From: Myxococcota bacterium
Lineage (GTDB): Bacteria; Myxococcota_A; UBA9042; PHBI01; JAWLBL01
Direction: 5' to 3'
Assembly (NCBI GenBank): GCA_041687695.1
Contig: JAWLBL010000025.1
Location: 1 to 64,000 of the forward strand
DNA: 64,000 nucleotides
Positions 55,699-64,000 of this stretch are shown here, piece by piece. The notes beneath the pieces were generated by a model, which did no database searches, had not been told where the DNA came from, and was given only the letters and a program-made list of their open reading frames with translations. The position numbers and the translations under genes were made by a program. Positions within the stretch are counted from its first letter, which is position 1, and the number at the start of each line of letters is the position of its first letter.

Positions 55699-56790
55699 CT
55701 ACTTGCCGGGCTGGTAGAAGGGCGTGTCGACGACCCGCGCGGGCTTTTCCTTGCCGCGGCAGTCGACCGCGAGCTCGGTGCCCGGGGCCGACAGCGCCGC
55801 CTCGACGTAGGCGAGGCCGATGGCGCGGCCGGTGCTGGGCGACTTGGTGCCCGAGGTGACGTGGCCGACCTGGCGACCCTGGTGCAGCACCGGGTAGCCG
55901 TGGCGCGGGATGCCGCGGTCGAAGACCTCGAGGCCGACCAGCTTGCGCGGCACGCCGGCCGCCTCCTGCGCGACCAGGGCGTCCTTGCCGACGAAGCCTG
56001 GCTTGTCCAGACGGGTCACCCAGCCCAGCCCAGCCTCGAGCGGCGTCGTCGTGCGGTCGATGTCGTTGCCGTACAGGCAGTAGGCCATCTCGAGCCGCAG
56101 CGTGTCGCGCGCGCCCAGGCCGGCCGGGCCGACGTCCAGGTCCTGCCCGCGCTCGGTCAGCTCGTTCCACAGGGCCTCGGCCGCTTCGGGGGCGACGTAC
56201 ACCTCGGCGCCGCGCTCTCCCGTGTAGCCGGTCGTCGCGAAGTAGGCGGGCCGGCCGCCGTAGTCGACCTGCGCCACGCGGAAGGGCTTGAGCTTGGCGG
56301 CCTTGGGGAAGACGCGCGCGAGCAGCTCGGGGGCGTTCGGGCCCTGCACGGCGATCTGCGCCCAGCGGTCGCTCTCGTCCTCGAGGCGCGCGTCGCCGGT
56401 CAGGTGCGCCCGCATGTGGGCGACGTCGGCGGCGCGGTTGGCCGCGTTCACGCAGATGAAGATCTCGGTCGCCGACAGCCGGTAGAGGATGAGGTCGTCG
56501 ACGATGCCGCCGTCGGTGTCGCACAGGGCGGTGTACAGGGCGCGGCCGTCGCCGACCCGGTGCAGGTCGTTGGTCACCAGGCGGTTGACCGCCTCGAGCG
56601 CCTCGGGGCCGGTGACGCGCACCTCGCCCATGTGGCTGACGTCGAACAGGCCGACGCGCGTCCGCACGCGCTCGTGCTCGGCCAGGATGCCGTCGTACTG
56701 CACGGGCATCGCGTAGCCGGCGAACTCGACGAGGCGCCCGCCGAGGCGCTGATGGACGGCGTACAGGGGCGTTTGCGCGAGATCGGCCAC
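55699..56790 (-). CDS. gcvT: Glycine cleavage system aminomethyltransferase T
   Basis: TPLY..H, FDVSHMG, AVQGP, GYTGE, GLGARDTLRLE. Confidence 0.96.
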   Translation of the reverse strand: MADLAQTPLYAVHQRLGGRLVEFAGYAMPVQYDGILAEHERVRTRVGLFDVSHMGEVRVTGPEALEAVNRLVTNDLHRVGDGRALYTALCDTDGGIVDDLILYRLSATEIFICVNAANRAADVAHMRAHLTGDARLEDESDRWAQIAVQGPNAPELLARVFPKAAKLKPFRVAQVDYGGRPAYFATTGYTGERGAEVYVAPEAAEALWNELTERGQDLDVGPAGLGARDTLRLEMAYCLYGNDIDRTTTPLEAGLGWVTRLDKPGFVGKDALVAQEAAGVPRKLVGLEVFDRGIPRHGYPVLHQGRQVGHVTSGTKSPSTGRAIGLAYVEAALSAPGTELAVDCRGKEKPARVVDTPFYQPGK

Positions 56791-56811
56791 GGGGCCCTCC
56801 AGGTCGGCGGA

Positions 56812-56839
56812 ACTATAGACGGTGGCGGCCCATCGTCAA
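56812..56839 (-). promoter_or_regulatory. Putative sigma70-type promoter of gcvT
   Basis: Minus strand TTGACG-16 bp-TATAGT, then GGAGG and GTG. Confidence 0.6.
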
Positions 56840-56867
56840 TGAGAGTCTAGGCGGCGTCGCGTCGCGT

Positions 56868-57743
56868 CTAGGCGGGCCTGGCGGCGGCCCGCTCGGCGTC
56901 GCGGAGGCGCTCGGCGGCCTCGCAGGTGTTCTCGAGCAGCATGGCGATGGTCATCGGCCCGACCCCGCCCGGGACCGGGCTGATCAGGCTGGCGATGGGA
57001 GCGACCTCGTCCCAGGCCACGTCGCCGGCGAGCTTGCCGTCGGGCAGGCGGCTGGTGCCGACGTCGACCACGACCGCCCCCGGCTTGACCCAGTCGCGGC
57101 GAACCAGCCCCGGCTTGCCGACGGCCACGACCAGGACGTCGGCCTGGCGCGCCAGCGCGGCCGTGTCGGGCGTGTGGCGGTGGCAGACGGTGACGGTCGC
57201 GTCGCAGGCCAACAACATCGCCGCCATCGGGCGTCCGACGATGCGGCTGCGGCCGACGACCACCGCGTGGCGGCCGCGCAGCGGGACGCCGTGCTCGACC
57301 AGCAGGCGGATGACGCCGCGGGGCGTGCAGGGCTCGAGGCCGGCCCGGTCGGTCGCCAGGTGGCCGACGTTCACGTAGTGGAAGCCGTCGACGTCCTTGC
57401 GCGGGTCGATGGCCTCGAGCACGACGTGCTCTTCGAGGTGCTCCGGCAGGGGCAGCTGCACCAGGATGCCGTGGACCAGGTGGCTGTGGTTGAGCTCGCC
57501 CAGCAGCTCGAGCAGCGTCGCCTGGCTCGTCGCCGCGGGCAGCCGGTGCACCATGGACGCGATGCCGACCTGCTCGCAGGCCTTGGCCTTGTGCCGCACG
57601 TAGACCGCGCTGGCCGGGTCGTCGCCGACCAGCACCACGGCCAGACCCGGCTGCACCCCGTCGGCCACCAGGGCCGCCACGCGCTGCCTCACCTCGGCCT
57701 TGACCTTCGCGGCGACCGCCGTCCCGGACAGGATCTCGCCCAT
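56868..57743 (-). CDS. folD: Methylenetetrahydrofolate dehydrogenase/cyclohydrolase
   Basis: VGDDPASAVYV..K, GILVQLPLP, KDVDGFH, PCTP, GRSRIVG, PVPGGVGPMTI. Confidence 0.97.
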   Translation of the reverse strand: MGEILSGTAVAAKVKAEVRQRVAALVADGVQPGLAVVLVGDDPASAVYVRHKAKACEQVGIASMVHRLPAATSQATLLELLGELNHSHLVHGILVQLPLPEHLEEHVVLEAIDPRKDVDGFHYVNVGHLATDRAGLEPCTPRGVIRLLVEHGVPLRGRHAVVVGRSRIVGRPMAAMLLACDATVTVCHRHTPDTAALARQADVLVVAVGKPGLVRRDWVKPGAVVVDVGTSRLPDGKLAGDVAWDEVAPIASLISPVPGGVGPMTIAMLLENTCEAAERLRDAERAAARPA

Positions 57744-57849
57744 GGCTCACCTCCGCCCTCGTCGCGCGGCGGCAGGTAACACGTAGGGCCCCGTGGTTCA
57801 AGGACGAGCGGCGGTCCGCGCGGGCTCCGGCCCGGCCGGCACCGTCCGC

Positions 57850-58806
57850 TCAGTGCACCGTCGGCCCCTCGCCCTCGTCGCGCTCGCGCTGAAGGGCCAG
57901 CCAGGCCGCCGAGATCACCTCGTCGTCCTCTTCGCCGACCTCGTCGGCCAGGGCCAGCTTCTTCTCGCGCAGCTTCACGGCGGCCGCCCACAGGAACAGC
58001 AGCGCCATCGTGACCCACAGGATCGTGCCGTCGCGCATGACGATGAGCAGGTTGCTGCGCTCCTCGAGATCGCGCCGCCACAGGGTCTCGAGCCCCAGCA
58101 CGTCGCCCCGGAAGGCGCCCTCGAACGCGTCCTCGAAGGCGTCCCCGCGCGACAGGCGCGCGAACAGGTCGTGCATCGCCGCCGAGCCGTGCTCGCGCTC
58201 GAGCCAGCGGACGAACAGGGCGCTCTGCGCGTACGCCAGCTCGACCCCGGCGCCCTGGATGGGGAACCCGCGCGACAGGCTCGACAGCGGCATCAGCTGC
58301 CCGGTCAGCGCCGCCTTCTGTGCGCTGGCCAGCCGCTCGACGACGTTCTCGCCGGCCTGCCAGATCGCCACGCCCTCGAGGAACCAGCGCGGCAGCGACC
58401 CGCCGCGCGCCACGGCGTGCACCAGGACGTGGCTGACCTCGTGGTCGAAGGTCTCGGTCAGCGTGAAGAAGGCGGTCCCGTGGGCGCGCAGGACGATGCG
58501 GCGCTGGGCCGGGAAGGCCACGCCCACGGCCCACTCGGCCATGGGCGAATCGTCCGGGAAGGCCTTGGCGAAGCTCTCGGCGTCCTCGGTGACGAAGACG
58601 TCGACGGGCCCCGGCAGGGCGTCACAGGCGGAGATGTCTCGGCAGACCTTGGTGAAGCGCGCCTCCGCGTCGTCGGCCAGCCTCAGCGCCGCCTCGTGGG
58701 CGCGCGCGTCGGCGTGGAAGCGGAAGTGCTCGGTCGTTCGGACCAGGCTCGCGTCCGCGGGGCCGGCGAGGAGCAGCAGCGCCAGCAGCCAGGTCGATAG
58801 TCCCAT
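57850..58806 (-). CDS. Peptidase MA-like zinc metallohydrolase with signal peptide and C-terminal TM
   Basis: HEVSH, PRWFLEGVA, LAYAQS. Confidence 0.85.
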   Translation of the reverse strand: MGLSTWLLALLLLAGPADASLVRTTEHFRFHADARAHEAALRLADDAEARFTKVCRDISACDALPGPVDVFVTEDAESFAKAFPDDSPMAEWAVGVAFPAQRRIVLRAHGTAFFTLTETFDHEVSHVLVHAVARGGSLPRWFLEGVAIWQAGENVVERLASAQKAALTGQLMPLSSLSRGFPIQGAGVELAYAQSALFVRWLEREHGSAAMHDLFARLSRGDAFEDAFEGAFRGDVLGLETLWRRDLEERSNLLIVMRDGTILWVTMALLFLWAAAVKLREKKLALADEVGEEDDEVISAAWLALQRERDEGEGPTVH

Positions 58807-58873
58807 GGTGACCGCCCGGGAGGGCCGAGCCCGGGCGGCTCCTTCCGATTGGGAGAGGGGCGCTCCGGGCGTA

Positions 58874-59908
58874 CTACATGCGTCTCCATCGGAACTGGTA
58901 TAGTCCCGAGGATATTTCGAAGAAGAAGCCGAACTCGAACTTGATCTCGCCCTGGGCGTCGACCAGCCCCTCGGGCGGGTTCGGGAAGGGCTGGGCGCGC
59001 TCGAAGGCGCTCTTGGCCTCGGCGTCCATGAACTCGAGGCCCGAGTGCTTGTGGGTCACGAGCTTCTTGAGGCGCCCGCGCTGGTCGAGCGTGACGTGCA
59101 GCACGGTGTGCCGGTCCTTGGTCCCGTAGGTCTTGCCGGTCGGGTCGCGGCGGCGGTAGACGACGTTGGGGTGCCAGTGGCGCCGGACGGCCTCTTTGAC
59201 GCGGTAGAAGAAGTCCGCGTACTTGTACTTGTTGGCGTTGAGGACGGTGCTCTTGGAGCGGTCCTTGACCTCGACGTGGTCGTCCGAGGCGAACTGGCCG
59301 CCGAGGGCCTGCAGGTTTGCCTTGGCCGCGCGGTCGCTGGTCGACGGCAGCAGGAGCTTGTTCTTTTCGCCCTGGAACATGACCGAGTCGCTCTTCTTCT
59401 CGCCGTTGTCGTCGAGGGGCTTGTCCTCGGAGGGCTTGGCGAGCTCGATCTCCTTGTCCTTCTCGCTCGTGACCGTCTTGTCTTCGCTCTGCGAGTCCTT
59501 GGACTGGACCTCGCTCTGCTCGGTCGGGCTGACGTTGCTGGCCTGCTGGTTGCGGTCCGGCTTGGCGACGCGCTCGGAGCGGGTCTCCTTCTCGGTCCGC
59601 GTGTTCTTGTTGGCCAGGTACTTGGTCTCGACCGGCTTGACGTCCTCGGGCTCCTCCTGCTCGGGGACCTCGACGATCTGCGGGTTCTCCGGCAGCGGCG
59701 GCGGCTCGGGCGGCTTGGGCGGCTCGCGACGGACCAGGTGACCGGTCAGGATCGTCTGCGCGCGCTTCTTCGCCGGGGGCGTCTCCGGGCCACCGTATTC
59801 GGTCTGGAAGACGTAGGCGTAGAAGAGGGGCGCCTGCAGCGCCACGGCGAGCAGGCCCACCCACAGCCAGCGCTTCCAACTCGACGGACTTGTTCGCCTT
59901 CGCCTCAT
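58874..59908 (-). CDS. TonB C-terminal domain protein (energy transducer family)
   Basis: N-terminal TM, Pro-rich/charged linker, V..HW.P, LDQRG.L, SG...MD..A..AF..AQPFPNPP. Confidence 0.8.
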   Translation of the reverse strand: MRRRRTSPSSWKRWLWVGLLAVALQAPLFYAYVFQTEYGGPETPPAKKRAQTILTGHLVRREPPKPPEPPPLPENPQIVEVPEQEEPEDVKPVETKYLANKNTRTEKETRSERVAKPDRNQQASNVSPTEQSEVQSKDSQSEDKTVTSEKDKEIELAKPSEDKPLDDNGEKKSDSVMFQGEKNKLLLPSTSDRAAKANLQALGGQFASDDHVEVKDRSKSTVLNANKYKYADFFYRVKEAVRRHWHPNVVYRRRDPTGKTYGTKDRHTVLHVTLDQRGRLKKLVTHKHSGLEFMDAEAKSAFERAQPFPNPPEGLVDAQGEIKFEFGFFFEISSGLYQFRWRRM

Positions 59909-60203
59909 CCCAGTCCTTGCAGGGGCAGCGCCCTGAGCGCCGAGGTTTCAGCCTAGCCAGACGCCCCGACCGTCACAAGGTTGCGGCGTGACTTCTTTGA
60001 AATCAGCCGGTTGCGGGTACACGGGGGCCAGGCGCCGGGGCGCTTCGGGGGCGGTTGAGAGGGGGGTGGGGGGCAGGGGGGAGGGTCGCCACCCGGGCCG
60101 GGGCGGATCGCGGACGGACCACGACCGGCGGGCACGAGGGGAGCCTTACGATGCGCACAACCCAGGTCGAGCGCCGCCGATTCCACGGCGGGCGAAGAAA
60201 ATG

Positions 60204-60237
60204 AAAAGGCCCCGAACACGCTGGGTGTTCGGGGCCT
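60204..60237 (-). terminator. Intrinsic terminator after the deiminase gene
   Basis: 13-bp perfect stem AGGCCCCGAACAC/GTGTTCGGGGCCT, 5-nt loop, T-rich tail on minus strand. Confidence 0.85.
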
Positions 60238-60260
60238 CGTCGGGGTCGACCCGGTGATCG

Positions 60261-62504
60261 TCAGGCCAGCCGGCGCCGCCGAATGAGGGCGATCAGGGCC
60301 GCCGCGGCCGCCAGCCAGGCGAGGCCGGAGGCGTCCGAGCCGCCCTGGCAGCCGCTGGAGCCGCCACCAGAGCCGCCGCCGCCGACCGGCGGGCCGCCGA
60401 CGTCACCACCCTTGGTGTCCTCGCCCCCGGAGGCGTCGCCGGTCGGGCCGGCGTCGGGCTCGTTGCCGAGATCCTCGCTGGGCGCGTCCACGCAGCTCGA
60501 CTCGCCGCAGACCTTCCCGATGGCCGCGCAGTCCTGGTAGCTCTTCACGCGGCAGTCGCCGGCGCCGGCGTTGCAGGTGAAGAACTTGCCGTCCTCGCAG
60601 CCGGTCTCCCCGGCCGCGCACTCGTGGGCACACGGCGTGGCGCACTGGCCGTTCTTGCACTCGAGGCCGTCCTCGCACACGCCGCAGCTGCCGCCGCAGC
60701 CGTCGTCGCCGCACACGTTGCCGGTGCAGTCGGGCGTGCAGACCTCGGGCTCGCAGCTGATGGGGAAGTTGCCCGACGGATCGGCGCCGTTGCCGCCGCA
60801 GTCGTAGAACTGGCCGGCCCAGCCGCAGCCGTTGGGGCAGTTGCCCTCCACGATCTCGTTGTCCTCGCAGTACTTGAGGACGCTGCCGTCACAGCAGCCC
60901 TCGTAGGTGAGGCCGTTGCACTTGTCCTCGGGCGGCTCGCAGTTGTTGGTGCAGTCGTTGCAGCCGCACTCCCACACCGGGCCCCAGCACAGGTCGATGC
61001 CGCTGTCGCCCACCTGGCAGGCGCCGTCGTAGCCGCCCTCGGGCGCCGCGCACACGTCGGACTCGCAGGCGCCGTCGGCCACCCACAGCGAGGGCTCGAC
61101 CTTGGGGATGGTGCGGGTGATGCAGTGGATGGCGCCCGACCAGAAGGACAGCTCGGTCGAGTCGATCGGGATGTGCTCGTAGTCGGGCATGACCTCGGAC
61201 CACTTGGCGGCCGCCGAGGCCTGCCGGTCCTGCCACGCCGCGTGGGGCGAGACGGGCCACAGGTTCAGGCCGTTGATGAAGGTCGAGTTGATGTAGGTGA
61301 AGGGGACCTTGCCTTCGCTCGACGAGCGGTGGCCCGGCATGACCAGGCGGTGGACCGTGAACTTGCTGCCGTCCGCCTTGGTGTAGGCCTCGAGCAGGGC
61401 GGCGTTGGCGTCCATGCGGGCGGCGTTGGCCTCCTGCGGGGTGCCGGCCTCGAACGGGGCCTCGTAGGCGCCCATGATGATGGTGTTGTCGTCCACCACC
61501 TTCATGTACATGTCGATGTGGCCGGTGCCGTCGTCCGTGATCGAGTGGGTGACGATGATGTCCTTGCACCCGGCGTACTGGCCCCAGACCTGCTTCATGT
61601 ACGCCAGCTCGGGCGTCTTGGCGGGGTCGTTGACGTCGGCGAGCGGGCCGTTGTTGTAGCTGCTCTTGCAGGCGCCCGCGTCGCAGCTCATGTAGTAGAG
61701 CTGGCGGCTCGAGGTGAAGCAGACGCCGTCGGTGGTCGCCTGGAAGGTGCCGCCCTCGACGTTGAGCGGCATGCGGTAGGTCACCGTCGGGCTGCTCAGG
61801 CCGAAGGTGTTCTGCAGCTCGCGGCCGACGACGGTCGGGACGCCATCGTCGATGGGACGCGGGTGGTAGTAGCGGAAGTCGGAGAAGGCGTAGGTGTTCG
61901 TCGCCGTGTCGATGATGGGCAGCGGGCCCGAGTCGATGTACCAGATGCTGTCGAGCTCGGCCGTCAGGAACTTGACCTTGGTGTCGACGTCCGCCTGCGT
62001 CATGCCCTCGGCGAGCATGCCCTTGATGAGGGCGTCCTTGGCCTTGTCGCCGTCGACCACGAACCAGACGTCCGCGACCAGCGACGAGAAGCGCGCGATC
62101 TTGTGGAAGGTCTTGCTGGCGTTGCTGGCGCTCGTCATGTTGCCCGGATAGGACATCATGATGGCCTGCATCGGCTCCCACTCGACCATCGGACGGACGG
62201 TCTCGATGTTCGCCGGCGGCGCCGTGATGGCGTAGCGCTCGGGGTGCGCCAGGCGATAGTTGTCGAACTGGTCCCCCTTCATCACCGGCAGGATGAAGCG
62301 CTGGTCGTTGTAGGCCTTGCGCAGCGGGCTGTCGGGGCGGAAGTGGTACTCGATCGCCTCCCCGGCGGCCACGGGCGCGGTGACGGGGGCCTGCGCCGGC
62401 GCCTGGGCGGGGCTCTCGGCCTTGGAAGGCGCGCTCGGCGGCGCGTCGCACCCGCCGGCGGCGGCCGCCATGAGGCACAGGGGGACGATGCTTCTGAGTT
62501 TCAT
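60261..62504 (-). CDS. Secreted agmatine/peptidylarginine deiminase family protein with Cys-rich repeats and MYXO-CTERM-like tail
   Basis: Lipobox AGGC; EWEP, EGG, GTGHID, YIN, GAIHCIT; CGDDGCGGSCG; SGC-TM-RRRR tail. Confidence 0.85.
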   Translation of the reverse strand: MKLRSIVPLCLMAAAAGGCDAPPSAPSKAESPAQAPAQAPVTAPVAAGEAIEYHFRPDSPLRKAYNDQRFILPVMKGDQFDNYRLAHPERYAITAPPANIETVRPMVEWEPMQAIMMSYPGNMTSASNASKTFHKIARFSSLVADVWFVVDGDKAKDALIKGMLAEGMTQADVDTKVKFLTAELDSIWYIDSGPLPIIDTATNTYAFSDFRYYHPRPIDDGVPTVVGRELQNTFGLSSPTVTYRMPLNVEGGTFQATTDGVCFTSSRQLYYMSCDAGACKSSYNNGPLADVNDPAKTPELAYMKQVWGQYAGCKDIIVTHSITDDGTGHIDMYMKVVDDNTIIMGAYEAPFEAGTPQEANAARMDANAALLEAYTKADGSKFTVHRLVMPGHRSSSEGKVPFTYINSTFINGLNLWPVSPHAAWQDRQASAAAKWSEVMPDYEHIPIDSTELSFWSGAIHCITRTIPKVEPSLWVADGACESDVCAAPEGGYDGACQVGDSGIDLCWGPVWECGCNDCTNNCEPPEDKCNGLTYEGCCDGSVLKYCEDNEIVEGNCPNGCGWAGQFYDCGGNGADPSGNFPISCEPEVCTPDCTGNVCGDDGCGGSCGVCEDGLECKNGQCATPCAHECAAGETGCEDGKFFTCNAGAGDCRVKSYQDCAAIGKVCGESSCVDAPSEDLGNEPDAGPTGDASGGEDTKGGDVGGPPVGGGGSGGGSSGCQGGSDASGLAWLAAAAALIALIRRRRLA

Positions 62505-62677
62505 CACGACACCCGGGGGAGGCGAGGGCGGGCAGCCGCCGTTGGGACCACGACAGAGGTCGGGGAAGGCTACCGGCGGCCCCGAGGCCCGGTCAAGCAG
62601 GCGCGTCCGCGGGTTCGGTTTTGCGAAACGGCCCGCGGCGAGCCCCGACGCCCGGCTCACGGGCGGCCAAACGCGCC

Positions 62678-62706
62678 TTGTCGGCGGGCGCCGGCGCGCC
62701 TATCCT
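62678..62706 (+). promoter_or_regulatory. Putative sigma70-type promoter of tRNA-Sec
   Basis: TTGTCG-17 bp-TATCCT, ending 7 bp before the tRNA. Confidence 0.55.
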
Positions 62707-62713
62707 CCGCGGC

Positions 62714-62811
62714 GGAAGTGCAACGGTCCTGGTGGGCCGCGCGGTCTTCAAAACCGTTGCAGGGCGCTGAGAGGTGGCCTGGGGGGGTTCGATTCCCCTG
62801 CATTTCCGCCA
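62714..62811 (+). tRNA. selC: tRNA-Sec (anticodon UCA)
   Basis: 8-bp acceptor stem GGAAGTGC/GCATTTCC, 6-bp D stem with TGGT loop, CT-TCA-AA loop, long variable arm, TTCGATT, G discriminator and CCA. Confidence 0.95.
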
Positions 62812-62892
62812 AACGACCGCGGCGGCTCGGCCGCGGCGCGTCCGCACCTCCGGGATGCTGCGTCGCAGGGGGCCGCGCGGACCCGCGGCGGC

Positions 62893-64000
62893 TCAGCCCA
62901 GGCCCACGCCGTCGTCCGGCGTGTCGCCGTCGGCGGCCTCGCCCTCGTGGACCACCAGGTGGACCTGACGGCCGGCGCGGGCCAGCCTCGAGGCCAGGTG
63001 CACGGCGCGCACGCTCGAGAAGGCGACCGGACCGCGCTCGGGGACGGGCTCGCCGGGCAGCACCATCGGGACGCCCTCGGGGGCGCTGGCGGTCACGCGC
63101 ACGGGGTCGCCGCCGGGCATCCAGTCGGCGACCGCGGTGACGGTGGTCGTCTCGAGCACCGCGTCGACGAGATCGGCCGGCAGCTGCTCGTGGGCGCGCT
63201 CGAGGCGCGACCAGCGGGCGAACACCGCGACCGGCCCGTCGGAGATGTCGCAGACCTCCTTGGCGCGGGCGCTGACGTCCTCGGTGCCGATGTGGCGCGC
63301 GCGCTCGATGATCTCGTCCTTGAGGGCGCCCGCCAGGGGCCGCACCACCGAGCGGTTGGCGTACTGGTCGATGGCCGCCAGGTGGCTGAGGGTCTGGCTG
63401 GAGACCTGGCCGACGGCGTCGCCCGTGATGAGCGCGTGGATGCCCAGGCGCGCCGCGAGCCGGTCGGCGGCCGCGACCATCAGCTGCTTCAAGACGACCT
63501 GCCGCAGCCGCGAGTCGACGTGCGCGACGATGGCGTCCTTGATGGGGCGGAAGTCCATCATCCAGAAGACGGGCGAGGTGCCGTGGGCCCAGCGCTCGCC
63601 GATCAGGTGCGCCAGGACCAGCGCGTGCTCGCTGGCCGAGCACTCGAGCTTGAAGTGCAGAAAGTGCACCGGGCTGCCGCGCCGCATCAGCATCCAGGCC
63701 GCGACCGCCGAGTCGTAGCCGCCCGACAGCAGCGCGAGCGAGCGCTCCTGGGCGCCGAGCGGCAGCCCGCTGGGGCCGGCCCAGGTCTGGGTGACCAGGT
63801 AGACCACGGGGCCGTCGACCTCGACCCGCACCTCGACCTCGGGCGCGTGCAGGTTCACGCCGCGCGAGGCGGGGTACAGGCGGGCGCCGATGGCGCGCAT
63901 CACGTCTTCCGAGCTGAACGGGTGGCGGCCGCGGCGGCGGCAGCGCACGGCGAAGACGCGGGCCTCGACCGAGCGCCGGGCGCGGTTCGCCACGGCGTCG
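62893..64000 (-). CDS. thiI: tRNA 4-thiouridine synthase (5' part outside window)
   Basis: THUMP remnant, GLPLG, LLSGGYDS PP-loop, TGDAVGQVSSQTL, RPL, IGT. Confidence 0.9.
   Translation of the reverse strand, partial: DAVANRARRSVEARVFAVRCRRRGRHPFSSEDVMRAIGARLYPASRGVNLHAPEVEVRVEVDGPVVYLVTQTWAGPSGLPLGAQERSLALLSGGYDSAVAAWMLMRRGSPVHFLHFKLECSASEHALVLAHLIGERWAHGTSPVFWMMDFRPIKDAIVAHVDSRLRQVVLKQLMVAAADRLAARLGIHALITGDAVGQVSSQTLSHLAAIDQYANRSVVRPLAGALKDEIIERARHIGTEDVSARAKEVCDISDGPVAVFARWSRLERAHEQLPADLVDAVLETTTVTAVADWMPGGDPVRVTASAPEGVPMVLPGEPVPERGPVAFSSVRAVHLASRLARAGRQVHLVVHEGEAADGDTPDDGVGLG

Noticed and set aside
59962..59982. GTCAC-N11-GTGAC inverted repeat upstream of the TonB-type gene
   Set aside because: Too short to distinguish from chance

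Overview
Very GC-rich bacterial chromosomal segment, probably Myxococcota or a related deltaproteobacterium (inferred from a MYXO-CTERM-like tail, many Cys-rich lipoproteins and two Hanks kinases). It is mostly core genes: pntAB, a parE-parC pair resembling Firmicutes topoisomerase IV, a di-heme peroxidase, an AceE-like E1, an ABC-F ATPase, a TetR-regulated RND pump, terC, lepB, trpS, glyA, thiC, NAD kinase, an RlmD-like methylase, folD-gcvT-gcvH-gcvPA (no gcvPB here), a TonB-type protein, tRNA-Sec and a partial thiI. No CRISPR array, prophage, integrase or transposase is visible. The most distinctive non-coding signal is a 172-173 bp MITE-like element in four copies. It has terminal inverted repeats, carries a symmetric set of REP-like hairpins, and sits in the loop of a second REP hairpin with a TGGAA duplication; an empty target site is present at 20404-20420. 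Other notable items are a Zn-finger lipoprotein with two XYG motifs, a kinase-PEGA-degenerate STAND chimera, a probable pseudo-glycosidase and a doubly anchored secreted deiminase. All family assignments come from motif recognition by eye, not from database searches.
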